Shown in pieces: positions 10,201 to 18,172 of a stretch of 64,000 nucleotides of DNA (the stretch's first letter is position 1; each line of letters opens with the position of its first letter). Location of the stretch: the NCBI GenBank assembly GCA_943788635.1, contig CALSRA010000007.1, positions 27,035-91,034 of the forward strand, read 5' to 3'. The stretch comes from an uncultured Alphaproteobacteria bacterium. Lineage in GTDB: Bacteria > Pseudomonadota > Alphaproteobacteria > UBA8366 > GCA-2717185. The translations under genes and the position numbers were made by a program. The notes below the pieces were generated by a model. That model saw nothing but the letters and a program-made list of their open reading frames with translations. It was not told the origin of the DNA and ran no database searches.

Positions 10201-11451
10201 TCAGGATTCCAATACAGCATCCGCCGCAGCGTGACCCGACCGAACAGCGCTTTCAATCGTCGCCGGCAAGCCGGTATCGGTCCAGTCACCGGCGAGGCAA
10301 AGGTTCGCCAAAGACGATTGTGTCTTCGCCCGCAGAAGCATCGCTGCCGGTGTCTGCGCAAAAGTCGCGCGCCGCTCCTTCACCACCCGAAAGGGCGGCA
10401 CGGGCGCGCTGGGCAATTCGAGTGCGCGGGACACATCTGTCCAAACGCGGTCGCCAATCAATTCCGCAGCCTGGTCCGCCAGGTCATCGGCAGCGCTTAC
10501 CGTAACGGACGCAATATCGTGTCGAACGAAAAGCCATTGAGCGACCCCACCGACAAGACCGAGCAACGAAACATCTCCATGCGCCATAACAGGCGATGGC
10601 AGCCTGTAATGCACATTGACAATGGCGTGGCTTCCTTCGGGCACAGATACGCCGGGCAGCACGGATTTAAGGCCCTGCGGCGGGAGCGCCAGAATAACCG
10701 CATCGGTTGGCTGAACGACAACGCCCGTCTCCGTGAACTCCAGGTGAGTCACCAGATTATCGCGGGTTTGCACTGTCTTCAGACGATGCGAAAATCGGAT
10801 ATCCGCCCCCAGCGCAGCGAGCCGTTCCAGCGCCGGGTCAACCAGGCTGGCAGAAAGCCCCTTTCGCGCAACGAGCGGCCGGCACGATGCCGCGCCATGG
10901 GCGAAGGTTTCCGTCAGCACCTGCCATAGGGGCTGTGCCGCAGCCTGGGCTGCCGGCGTGTTCAGCGCCGCAACGGCAAGCGGCTCCCAGAACGTTTCAT
11001 ACAGTGAACCGCTCCCGCCCAGCACTTCCTCTACGGTCGCGGTCGGTGGTGCGGATCGAAGCCGCAACGCCGCAAGAAAATCCCGTGCCCGTGAGGCAGG
11101 TGGCCGCCGTCCCGCACACAATATCCACCACGGAATCGGCCCGGCATTTGGTCTTACCGTCCACCGCGCCCCCGAATCGAGGTCAACAAACGGAAATTCG
11201 GCAACAGCAGGACCGGTGAGCGTATCCCGCGCCCCGATTTCATCAAGATATGCCATGGCGGAACGGTTTCCGCTCATCATCAGATGATTGCCGTTGTCGA
11301 TAACCGCATCGAGAACACTGTCGTGGAAAGACCGGCAGCGCCCGCCGGCATGACCACTTGATTCATACACCGTCACACGCCGTCCCGCCGCAGCCAGACT
11401 GACCGCGGCGGCAAGACCCGCAAGACCGGCACCAACAATATGCACACGCAT
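10201..11451 (-). CDS. hpnE: Hydroxysqualene dehydroxylase HpnE (FAD-dependent amine-oxidase family)
   Basis: 416 aa. N-terminal FAD motif IVGAGLAGLAAA. Lies between hpnD and shc. Confidence 0.8.
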   Translation of the reverse strand: MRVHIVGAGLAGLAAAVSLAAAGRRVTVYESSGHAGGRCRSFHDSVLDAVIDNGNHLMMSGNRSAMAYLDEIGARDTLTGPAVAEFPFVDLDSGARWTVRPNAGPIPWWILCAGRRPPASRARDFLAALRLRSAPPTATVEEVLGGSGSLYETFWEPLAVAALNTPAAQAAAQPLWQVLTETFAHGAASCRPLVARKGLSASLVDPALERLAALGADIRFSHRLKTVQTRDNLVTHLEFTETGVVVQPTDAVILALPPQGLKSVLPGVSVPEGSHAIVNVHYRLPSPVMAHGDVSLLGLVGGVAQWLFVRHDIASVTVSAADDLADQAAELIGDRVWTDVSRALELPSAPVPPFRVVKERRATFAQTPAAMLLRAKTQSSLANLCLAGDWTDTGLPATIESAVRSGHAAADAVLES

Positions 11452-11461
11452 CTCTGCGGCC

Positions 11462-12367
11462 CTAGAACAGACTGTACCGCAGGGCGAGGCGGAGCTTCAC
11501 CCAGCGCGACAGATGAACCGGTGCGTCGAGCTGCTTCCAGCCCCGCTGCCGAAGCAGTTCGAAAATTTCCCGATAAACCGCCATCATCATTATCGCCGGT
11601 CGCATTTTGCGCTGGTCAAGCTGCCCCATCAGGTCACTGCTGACAGCGAATGCTTCCTTGGCCAGATCGGCAAGATCGACACACACCCGCGCAACTGCGG
11701 GATCAGCCAACAAGGCATCGGGCGTGGTTGCCACAACGCCATGCTTGTCCAGCAGTTCTCTTGGCAGATAGAGCCGCCCCCACAACGCGTCTTCGTGAAC
11801 GTCACGCAGAATATTGGTGAGCTGCAGCGCATTTCCCAGGCTGATCGCCAGATCCGCTGCCGGCGCCCGCGTTTCACCAAACGCATGGATTGACAGCATG
11901 CCCACCGCACCAGCCACCCGCCGGCAATACAGAAAGAGATCCGCATAACTGGGACCCCAGATATCAGCGCGGGCATCCATTTCCATACCATCGATGACGG
12001 TCAGAAATTCAGCTTTAGGCAGATCGAATGCATGAACGGGTTCCAGCAGGGCCTGGGCTGTCAGCAACCGAGGCCGCCCTGCATAAAGGTTCTCGATTTC
12101 CTGCCGCCACGCATCCAGACGTTTCAGCTTTTCCGGACCAGTCCCTGGTTCATCCGCGATATCATCGACTTCCCGGCAGAATGCATAGATCGCGTACATG
12201 GCTGCACGCCGGTCCGCCGGCAAGACACGCATCCCCAACCGAAAAGACGACCCTGATCGTTCGACAACCTGGCGCGCATGCTCAATTGCGGCAGCCTCAT
12301 CGAACGGTGCAGAACCGTCGCTTCCCGGGTTCGGTTGTTTTTCCGCGGTTGAAAGCAAATTTGCCAT
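11462..12367 (-). CDS. hpnD: Presqualene diphosphate synthase HpnD (squalene/phytoene synthase family)
   Basis: YAFCREVDDIADE and NILRDVHEDAL Asp-rich motifs. ATG at 12367 (MANLL...) is preferred. The longest ORF extends to TTG 12433. Confidence 0.85.
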   Translation of the reverse strand: MANLLSTAEKQPNPGSDGSAPFDEAAAIEHARQVVERSGSSFRLGMRVLPADRRAAMYAIYAFCREVDDIADEPGTGPEKLKRLDAWRQEIENLYAGRPRLLTAQALLEPVHAFDLPKAEFLTVIDGMEMDARADIWGPSYADLFLYCRRVAGAVGMLSIHAFGETRAPAADLAISLGNALQLTNILRDVHEDALWGRLYLPRELLDKHGVVATTPDALLADPAVARVCVDLADLAKEAFAVSSDLMGQLDQRKMRPAIMMMAVYREIFELLRQRGWKQLDAPVHLSRWVKLRLALRYSLF

Positions 12368-12448
12368 CGCCTGTTCGATCTCAAAAATATGCGCCGTGTT
12401 CGCGGATAGGCTCCCAGCCAACGCGGCGCGCAACCTTGTATAGCAGAA

Positions 12449-13297
12449 TCAGCCGGACCGGCGAACCACATCCCAGACAGCGCCGACGCCACAGCAAAGA
12501 TATTGCGGACGCCGCAGGACGACCCGTTCCGCCAGCGGATCCCGGTCGCGTAATTCCAGAATCAGGCGGTTCGCAATCCGGACAATCATTGCCGCTTCCA
12601 ACGCGAAACGCCGGTTCTGCAACTGCCCCGCCAGGGGTTGCGCAACGCGCATGAGGTCTGCAGTCAGATCAAGGCAGCGATCAATGACCCGCCGCAAACC
12701 GCTATCAGTCGTCACGCCATCCAGCGCCGCCGTCGTAATACCCGCTTCGGCCATCCAGTCACCGGGCAAATAGACCCGGTCCATTGTCCGAAAATCATCC
12801 TGGCAATCCTGCAGATGGTTGATGACCTGCAGCGCCGCACAAAGCGCATCGGACGCCGGATACGCGTGCCTGGATTCACCGTGCAGGTCTATCAGGTAAC
12901 GGCCAACAGGGGCTGCCGATAATCGGCAATACCCCATCAGCTCATCCCAATCGGCATAACGGGACTGCACCGCATCCTGCTTGAAGGCGTTGATCAGGTC
13001 GATGCAATGCTGCGGATCGACACCCGTTGCGGCCATGCTGTCACGTATCGCATTTGCTTTGGCATATGCAGGGTCCGCGCCACCGGGTTCCCGCAAGGCG
13101 TGCTCGAATCCGGAAAGCCGGTCAATTTTTTGCGCCGCGGGCAGTTCCGGATTATCCGCGATATCGTCTATTGCCCTGGCATAGGCGTAAAATACAGCGA
13201 CATGCGGCCGCAAGGCCGCCGGAAGCAGCCAGGACCCCACCGGGAAATTTTCGTCACCCGCCTGTTTCCCGGACGGTGTTTCTACTGATTCAGACAA
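12449..13297 (-). CDS. hpnC: Hydroxysqualene synthase HpnC (squalene/phytoene synthase family)
   Basis: YAYARAIDDIADN and INHLQDCQDD motifs. The longest ORF (to 13369) overlaps hpnB by 49 nt. TTG at 13297 has GGGAGGA 5 nt upstream and lies just after the hpnB stop. Confidence 0.85.
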   Translation of the reverse strand: MSESVETPSGKQAGDENFPVGSWLLPAALRPHVAVFYAYARAIDDIADNPELPAAQKIDRLSGFEHALREPGGADPAYAKANAIRDSMAATGVDPQHCIDLINAFKQDAVQSRYADWDELMGYCRLSAAPVGRYLIDLHGESRHAYPASDALCAALQVINHLQDCQDDFRTMDRVYLPGDWMAEAGITTAALDGVTTDSGLRRVIDRCLDLTADLMRVAQPLAGQLQNRRFALEAAMIVRIANRLILELRDRDPLAERVVLRRPQYLCCGVGAVWDVVRRSG

Positions 13298-13320
13298 AAG
13301 TTCCTCCCGAAAGCGGCAGC

Positions 13321-14487
13321 TTATTGCTGATAGACACGGCCTTTCCAGCCACCCCCAACGCCCCGCCAATGGCGAACAGCGGAAGAAATCGTCATTGCCG
13401 TATAAAGCATACCAGCGAGAGGCAGGAACACAGCCGTATACAGCGGTCGATCATACAATCGCAATGTCGGAATATAGGCGACACACATCAGTATATAGGT
13501 GGCTAACCCCGCCAGGACGGTTATGGGCGCCAACCAGCCAAAGGCCAGAACCACCAGCAACGGAACGCCATACACAAGCGCCATACCCATAATGCATCCC
13601 ATCAGCAGCCAGGGCGAGTAGCGCAATTGCGTATAGGCGCTTCTGGCAACCATGTTCCAGATTCCACTGAATCCGCCATAAGGACGTGTGGAACGGGTCT
13701 TCGCATCCAGACTCAGCGAAAGACGGCCACCCGCATCTGCGAGACTTCGGGCCAGGGCACAATCGTCAATCAATGCGCCCTTGATCGCATCCATTCCCCC
13801 TGACCGGTGCAGCGCGGAACGGCGCACCAGCATACAGCCCCCGGCCGCTGCCGCCGTATCCCGGGTATCATCATTGACCCGGCTGAACGGATAGAGCATC
13901 TGAAAAAAGAAAACGAAGGGCGGTATCAAAAACCGTTCCCAGAAGCCCTTCGTCATCAACATCACCATGATCGATACCAGGTCTTTGCCTTCGGTTTCAG
14001 CGGTGTGAACCAGGCGCCGCAGGTTCGAAGGGGCATGTTCAATATCGGCATCGCTGAACAGAATATATCGCGCCTGCGGGGCGATACTGTCTGCGTGCGC
14101 CACCCCCTGCGCCATCGCCCAGACCTTGCCTGTCCAGCCCGGCGCAAGGGGGGCACCGTCCACCACGGCCAGGCGATCGGCATGCCCGGCCTCCTCGGCC
14201 GCCGCGCGGGCAATCGCCGCCGTGCCATCATTGCTGTTGTCATCAACCAGAACGATTGAAACCGGGCGCGAATAGTCCTGCTGCTGCAACGACAAAACCG
14301 TACGGCTAATGACATCGGCCTCATTGCGTGCCGGGATGACCACAAGAACATCCGGCCATTCCGGTAGATCGGGATTTGGCAATTCGTTGGCCGACAGGGT
14401 GCTCCGCCAGAAACCGCCATGAAAGAAGACAAGATAGACCCATGCGGCACATGACATCACGGCCAGAATTGCAGCGACGTAAATCAA
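13321..14487 (-). CDS. hpnB: Hopene-associated family-2 glycosyltransferase HpnB
   Basis: 388 aa. GT2 motifs VVIPARNE, VDDNSNDGT and FSDADIEH, plus C-terminal TM helices. TTG start lies 3 nt after the upstream stop. Confidence 0.8.
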   Translation of the reverse strand: MIYVAAILAVMSCAAWVYLVFFHGGFWRSTLSANELPNPDLPEWPDVLVVIPARNEADVISRTVLSLQQQDYSRPVSIVLVDDNSNDGTAAIARAAAEEAGHADRLAVVDGAPLAPGWTGKVWAMAQGVAHADSIAPQARYILFSDADIEHAPSNLRRLVHTAETEGKDLVSIMVMLMTKGFWERFLIPPFVFFFQMLYPFSRVNDDTRDTAAAAGGCMLVRRSALHRSGGMDAIKGALIDDCALARSLADAGGRLSLSLDAKTRSTRPYGGFSGIWNMVARSAYTQLRYSPWLLMGCIMGMALVYGVPLLVVLAFGWLAPITVLAGLATYILMCVAYIPTLRLYDRPLYTAVFLPLAGMLYTAMTISSAVRHWRGVGGGWKGRVYQQ

Positions 14488-14490
14488 GGG

Positions 14491-15243
14491 TCACACGCGG
14501 AATACATACTCTTTGCCCGTCTCCCGCTCCACATCAGGCGGGAAACTCTTGCGCTTGTCCGCATAATACTGTGCACGGTGGTCGCCGTCGGCACGCCGGT
14601 TGTAGGTCACGTACAGGACACGACGGGGCGATTGCGTAAGATTTGGCGCTGACCGATGGGGCGCATAGGAATCAAACAGAACCACATCACCGGGCTGAGT
14701 CGGACAGGAGTGGTATTTGATCTCGCTGCCTTCGCCGTCATCCAGCGGTTGCCACTCGTTGCCGATCAGCCCCCTGTCATGCCATCCGGCTGCCATTTCC
14801 AGGCAACCATTCGTCGTCGTCGCCGCATCGATACTGACCAGTGCCGTAATGTGAAAATCCGAATAGACGTTCCAGCCTGCCTGCGCATCCTGATGCGCCT
14901 TGAAGCCGTCGCCGCCCGGCATCTTCATATTGATCTTTTCCTTGAAAAGAACCGCGGCTTCGCCAAGCAATTGTGACACTGCATCAATCATGGCGCCGGT
15001 CCGGATCAGATCGTCAAAACCGGCATGGAACGGACAGAAATTTTCGACCCGGGACACGACACGGTCCGCACCAGCAATCAGGCTGTCTTCATAATAGACC
15101 ATGTGTTCACCCGGCAACTCGGGCCAACCGAGGATTTCTTCCGTCCATGTGGCAATTTTGCCGACACTCGCCACGTCGTACATTGCCGGGACGATGACAT
15201 AACCGTCTCGCCGAAAAGACCGAATCTGTTCTTCTGTCAGCAT
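14491..15243 (-). CDS. Phytanoyl-CoA dioxygenase (PhyH)-family Fe(II)/2-oxoglutarate oxygenase
   Basis: 250 aa. LTEEQIRSFRRDGYVIV N-terminus, HxD triad element (AHQD) and distal His (YAPHRS). It is the first gene of the minus-strand hpn operon. Confidence 0.75.
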   Translation of the reverse strand: MLTEEQIRSFRRDGYVIVPAMYDVASVGKIATWTEEILGWPELPGEHMVYYEDSLIAGADRVVSRVENFCPFHAGFDDLIRTGAMIDAVSQLLGEAAVLFKEKINMKMPGGDGFKAHQDAQAGWNVYSDFHITALVSIDAATTTNGCLEMAAGWHDRGLIGNEWQPLDDGEGSEIKYHSCPTQPGDVVLFDSYAPHRSAPNLTQSPRRVLYVTYNRRADGDHRAQYYADKRKSFPPDVERETGKEYVFRV

Positions 15244-15439
15244 TGCGTACGGGCCTTCAATTCCGTCGATTCAGATTGCGAATTTATATAGATGGCTCCA
15301 CCACTTATCTCGCATGCAAAGACTAGCGCTGCAAGAGCTGGCGCGGACCCTCTGACGAAAATTAACCATATCGCTTCAGGTTTCGTTAACACGGTAACGG
15401 CATACTCCGCACGAATTCTAAGTAGCCGGGAACGGATCC

Positions 15440-17128
15440 ATGCAGGCCATCGATTTGTTGGCAAACAGCATTCCACAATTTGAAGCCAATATCGACGACC
15501 ACGAAACGATCGTCGCCGCCTTCGATAAGCTGAGAGTCGCCGTCTCAATTTTTGATGAGAACGACTGCCTGACCTATTGCAACACGCATTTTCGGTTTAT
15601 TTTTCAATCATTTCAGGCCCTGGACCGGCTGATTGGCAAGTCCTACGCAGAATTGCTTCGCTGCAAGCTCGACAATAACGAAATTGCCGGGACCCAGGTC
15701 GTGGAAGACCCGGACGCCTGGATTGCCTATCGGATGACGTTACGCAAACGCCCGATGGAAACACCGCTGGAAGAACGTCTCACGGATGGCCGCTGGATCC
15801 GCATCAACGAAAGAGCATTGGATAATGGCGGAACGATCCGGATGTACACGGATATTACCGCAACGAAAGTCAATGAATACCGGTTCCTGAGTGCCGTCGA
15901 GGACAGCCGCGACGCACTCGCATTCTGGGATCAACGGGACCGCCTCATCATGCGCAACGATGCGTTTGAGGAATTGTTTTATACGCCGGGCGAAAACCTC
16001 GTGCCGGGCGTTGCTTTCGACGACGTACTGCGCGTCGCTGCCGAATATCACTTTCATATCGAAGATTGCCAAGCCAGCGATTGGATTGAGGCTCGTGTCG
16101 AGCGCCACCGTCTACCGGATCATCGGGAAATGTGGCGACACAAGGACGGTCGATGGTTTCTGGTCAACGAGCACCGGTCGCGAGACGGCGGTGTTGTAAC
16201 GCGCCTGTCAGACGTCACCGAGGTCAAGGAAAACGAACTCGCGATGATCGAGCGCGGCACGACCCTGTCCGGCGCCGTGCATCAGCTCGAAATGTCCAAG
16301 GTCATGTTCGAAAAACAGGGCGCCGAGCATGTCAACGCCATCGAAGAACTGGCCATTGCAAAGACAGATCTGGAATCTGCCAATGCCAGCCGGTCGCGGT
16401 TTCTCAGCATCATCAGCCATGAACTTCGAACACCGATGAATGCGATCATCGGTTTTTCGGAAATCATTAAAAACGAAATGCTGGGCCCGTTGGGTACCGA
16501 GAAATATGTCGAGTATGCTGGTGACATTTTCACCAGCGGTCAGCATCTGTTGTCATTGATCAACGACCTGTTGGACATGTCAAAGGTCGAGGCCGGAAAA
16601 TGGCAACTCCATCGAAGCGACGTCAATATCGAATCCCTCGTCCTTTCGTGTTGCAGACTGATGTCGGAACAGGCGGCAAGCGCCGAAATCAGCATCGAAC
16701 ATTCCTTCACCGATATTCAGGGGCCTATCCATATCGACGAGCGGGCAATCCGACAGGTTCTGCTGAACCTGCTCTCCAATGCCCTGAAATTCACCGGTCG
16801 TTGCGGCATTGTTGCCGTCACCACCGCGATTTACGACAATTTCCTGACAATCTCGGTCGCGGACAATGGCGTCGGCATCCAGAACAGGGATCTGGCGCGC
16901 GTCTTCAAGCCGTTTGAGCAAGGGGAAAACAACCTGAACCGCACCCATGAGGGAACGGGACTGGGGCTGTCCCTGTGCAAATCACTGATCGAACTTCATG
17001 GCGGCACAATTCATCTCGAAAGCCACGAAGGCGAAGGGACTGTTGTAACCTTTGTGCTGCCATTGCTATTTGATCCGCAGGCGGATCAATCAGCCCCACA
17101 CTCCATCCCGCTGGTCGATTCAGCTTAG
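15440..17128 (+). CDS. PAS-domain sensor histidine kinase (no adjacent response regulator)
   Basis: 562 aa. H-box SHELRTPMNAIIGFSE, N-box LLNLLSNALKF, G-boxes DNGVGI and GTGLGLSL. The N-terminal ~300 aa are PAS-like repeats. Confidence 0.85.
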   Translation: MQAIDLLANSIPQFEANIDDHETIVAAFDKLRVAVSIFDENDCLTYCNTHFRFIFQSFQALDRLIGKSYAELLRCKLDNNEIAGTQVVEDPDAWIAYRMTLRKRPMETPLEERLTDGRWIRINERALDNGGTIRMYTDITATKVNEYRFLSAVEDSRDALAFWDQRDRLIMRNDAFEELFYTPGENLVPGVAFDDVLRVAAEYHFHIEDCQASDWIEARVERHRLPDHREMWRHKDGRWFLVNEHRSRDGGVVTRLSDVTEVKENELAMIERGTTLSGAVHQLEMSKVMFEKQGAEHVNAIEELAIAKTDLESANASRSRFLSIISHELRTPMNAIIGFSEIIKNEMLGPLGTEKYVEYAGDIFTSGQHLLSLINDLLDMSKVEAGKWQLHRSDVNIESLVLSCCRLMSEQAASAEISIEHSFTDIQGPIHIDERAIRQVLLNLLSNALKFTGRCGIVAVTTAIYDNFLTISVADNGVGIQNRDLARVFKPFEQGENNLNRTHEGTGLGLSLCKSLIELHGGTIHLESHEGEGTVVTFVLPLLFDPQADQSAPHSIPLVDSA

Positions 17129-17177
17129 CCGCAAGAGGCGTGCATCGGGGGCCGGGGGCTAAACCGCCGCAGACCGC

Positions 17178-17669
17178 TCAGACGCGGCGATAGGCGTGGT
17201 ACCGTCCAGGTTCAACATCCTGCGGCAACGGTATCGGCGTCAATTCCGGCACCGTATCAAGCGCCTGGTCACACAACACGAGACCTCCCGACACAAGCAA
17301 TCCCGGAATTTTCGGGCCAATTTCACGGACATTCCGCGCCGTCGCCGCGGCGTCGCCATAACCGATATCCGCATGCACCAGTATCCCATTCGGGCCAAGC
17401 CGGTCCGTCGCCGTCAGCAGCGTTTCGGACATCGGCCCCAGAAACATATGCGCACTATCAGGGCGGCAGTCCGGATGCGAAGCCACTTCCAGGTCGAAAA
17501 CATAAATATCCCGGTCCGGGAAAAGATCGCGCAGATGATCATATGTCCGGCCATTGCCCAAACCGAGCTCAAGGATATGGCCATCATTGCCACGCAAGGC
17601 CTCCGCCGCCGCGTTCAGGCAGCTGCGCTGCGCCTTAAGGCGCTCGATAACCGTATCCAGTCGCGTCAT
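17178..17669 (-). CDS. Putative class I SAM-dependent methyltransferase
   Basis: 163 aa. ILELGLGNGRTYDHL resembles SAM-binding motif I, followed by an acidic residue after the next strand (VFDLE). Confidence 0.5.
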   Translation of the reverse strand: MTRLDTVIERLKAQRSCLNAAAEALRGNDGHILELGLGNGRTYDHLRDLFPDRDIYVFDLEVASHPDCRPDSAHMFLGPMSETLLTATDRLGPNGILVHADIGYGDAAATARNVREIGPKIPGLLVSGGLVLCDQALDTVPELTPIPLPQDVEPGRYHAYRRV

Positions 17670-17699
17670 ATTCCTGATCGCCTTTGCCTGCGTTGCAGG

Positions 17700-18155
17700 T
17701 CAGCTCTGCGACTTGGCAACAGCTTCGCGAAGCCGTGCCGTTGTCTGTTCAAGGCGGTGCGCCAGTTCGCGCATGATCTCCACGGCGATTTCCGGAAACT
17801 CGACAATCAGGTTGAAAAACAGGTCCTTTGAAATGCGGAGAGTCGTCAACTGGGACTTGGCGCGGACCGTCGCCGTTCGCGGCACATCGCAAAGGATGGC
17901 AATTTCACCAACAATTTCGTTCTGTTTCAGTGTCGCGACAACCAATGGCCCGCCCGGTGTGTCGATAATAACATCGGCTTCACCACCGATAATAATATAT
18001 GCCGCATCGCCGGAATCGCCCTGTTCGAAGACAACATCCTCTGGACTGTATGTCAGCCGCTCGCTTGTAAATGCCAGCAACTTCAGCTTCGACGCATCGA
18101 TCTTGGCAAAGAGCGGGATGTTCCGAAGGAGTTCAACTTCCTGCTGTAAGCTCAT
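17700..18155 (-). CDS. Stand-alone cyclic nucleotide-binding (CAP/PKA-type) domain protein
   Basis: 151 aa. Intact phosphate-binding cassette VGEIAILCDVPRTATVRA. Strong RBS AGGAGA sits in the 17-nt gap after the ABC gene. Confidence 0.85.
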   Translation of the reverse strand: MSLQQEVELLRNIPLFAKIDASKLKLLAFTSERLTYSPEDVVFEQGDSGDAAYIIIGGEADVIIDTPGGPLVVATLKQNEIVGEIAILCDVPRTATVRAKSQLTTLRISKDLFFNLIVEFPEIAVEIMRELAHRLEQTTARLREAVAKSQS

Positions 18156-18172
18156 TATTCTTCTCCTGGACC

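Noticed and set aside
15244-15439. An EcfG-type general-stress promoter (GGAAC-N16/17-CGTT) upstream of the hpn operon or the histidine kinase gene.
   Set aside because: The only GGAAC in this spacer, on the plus strand, lies immediately before and overlapping the kinase start and is followed by CGAT rather than CGTT. No properly spaced match exists on the hpn (minus) side.
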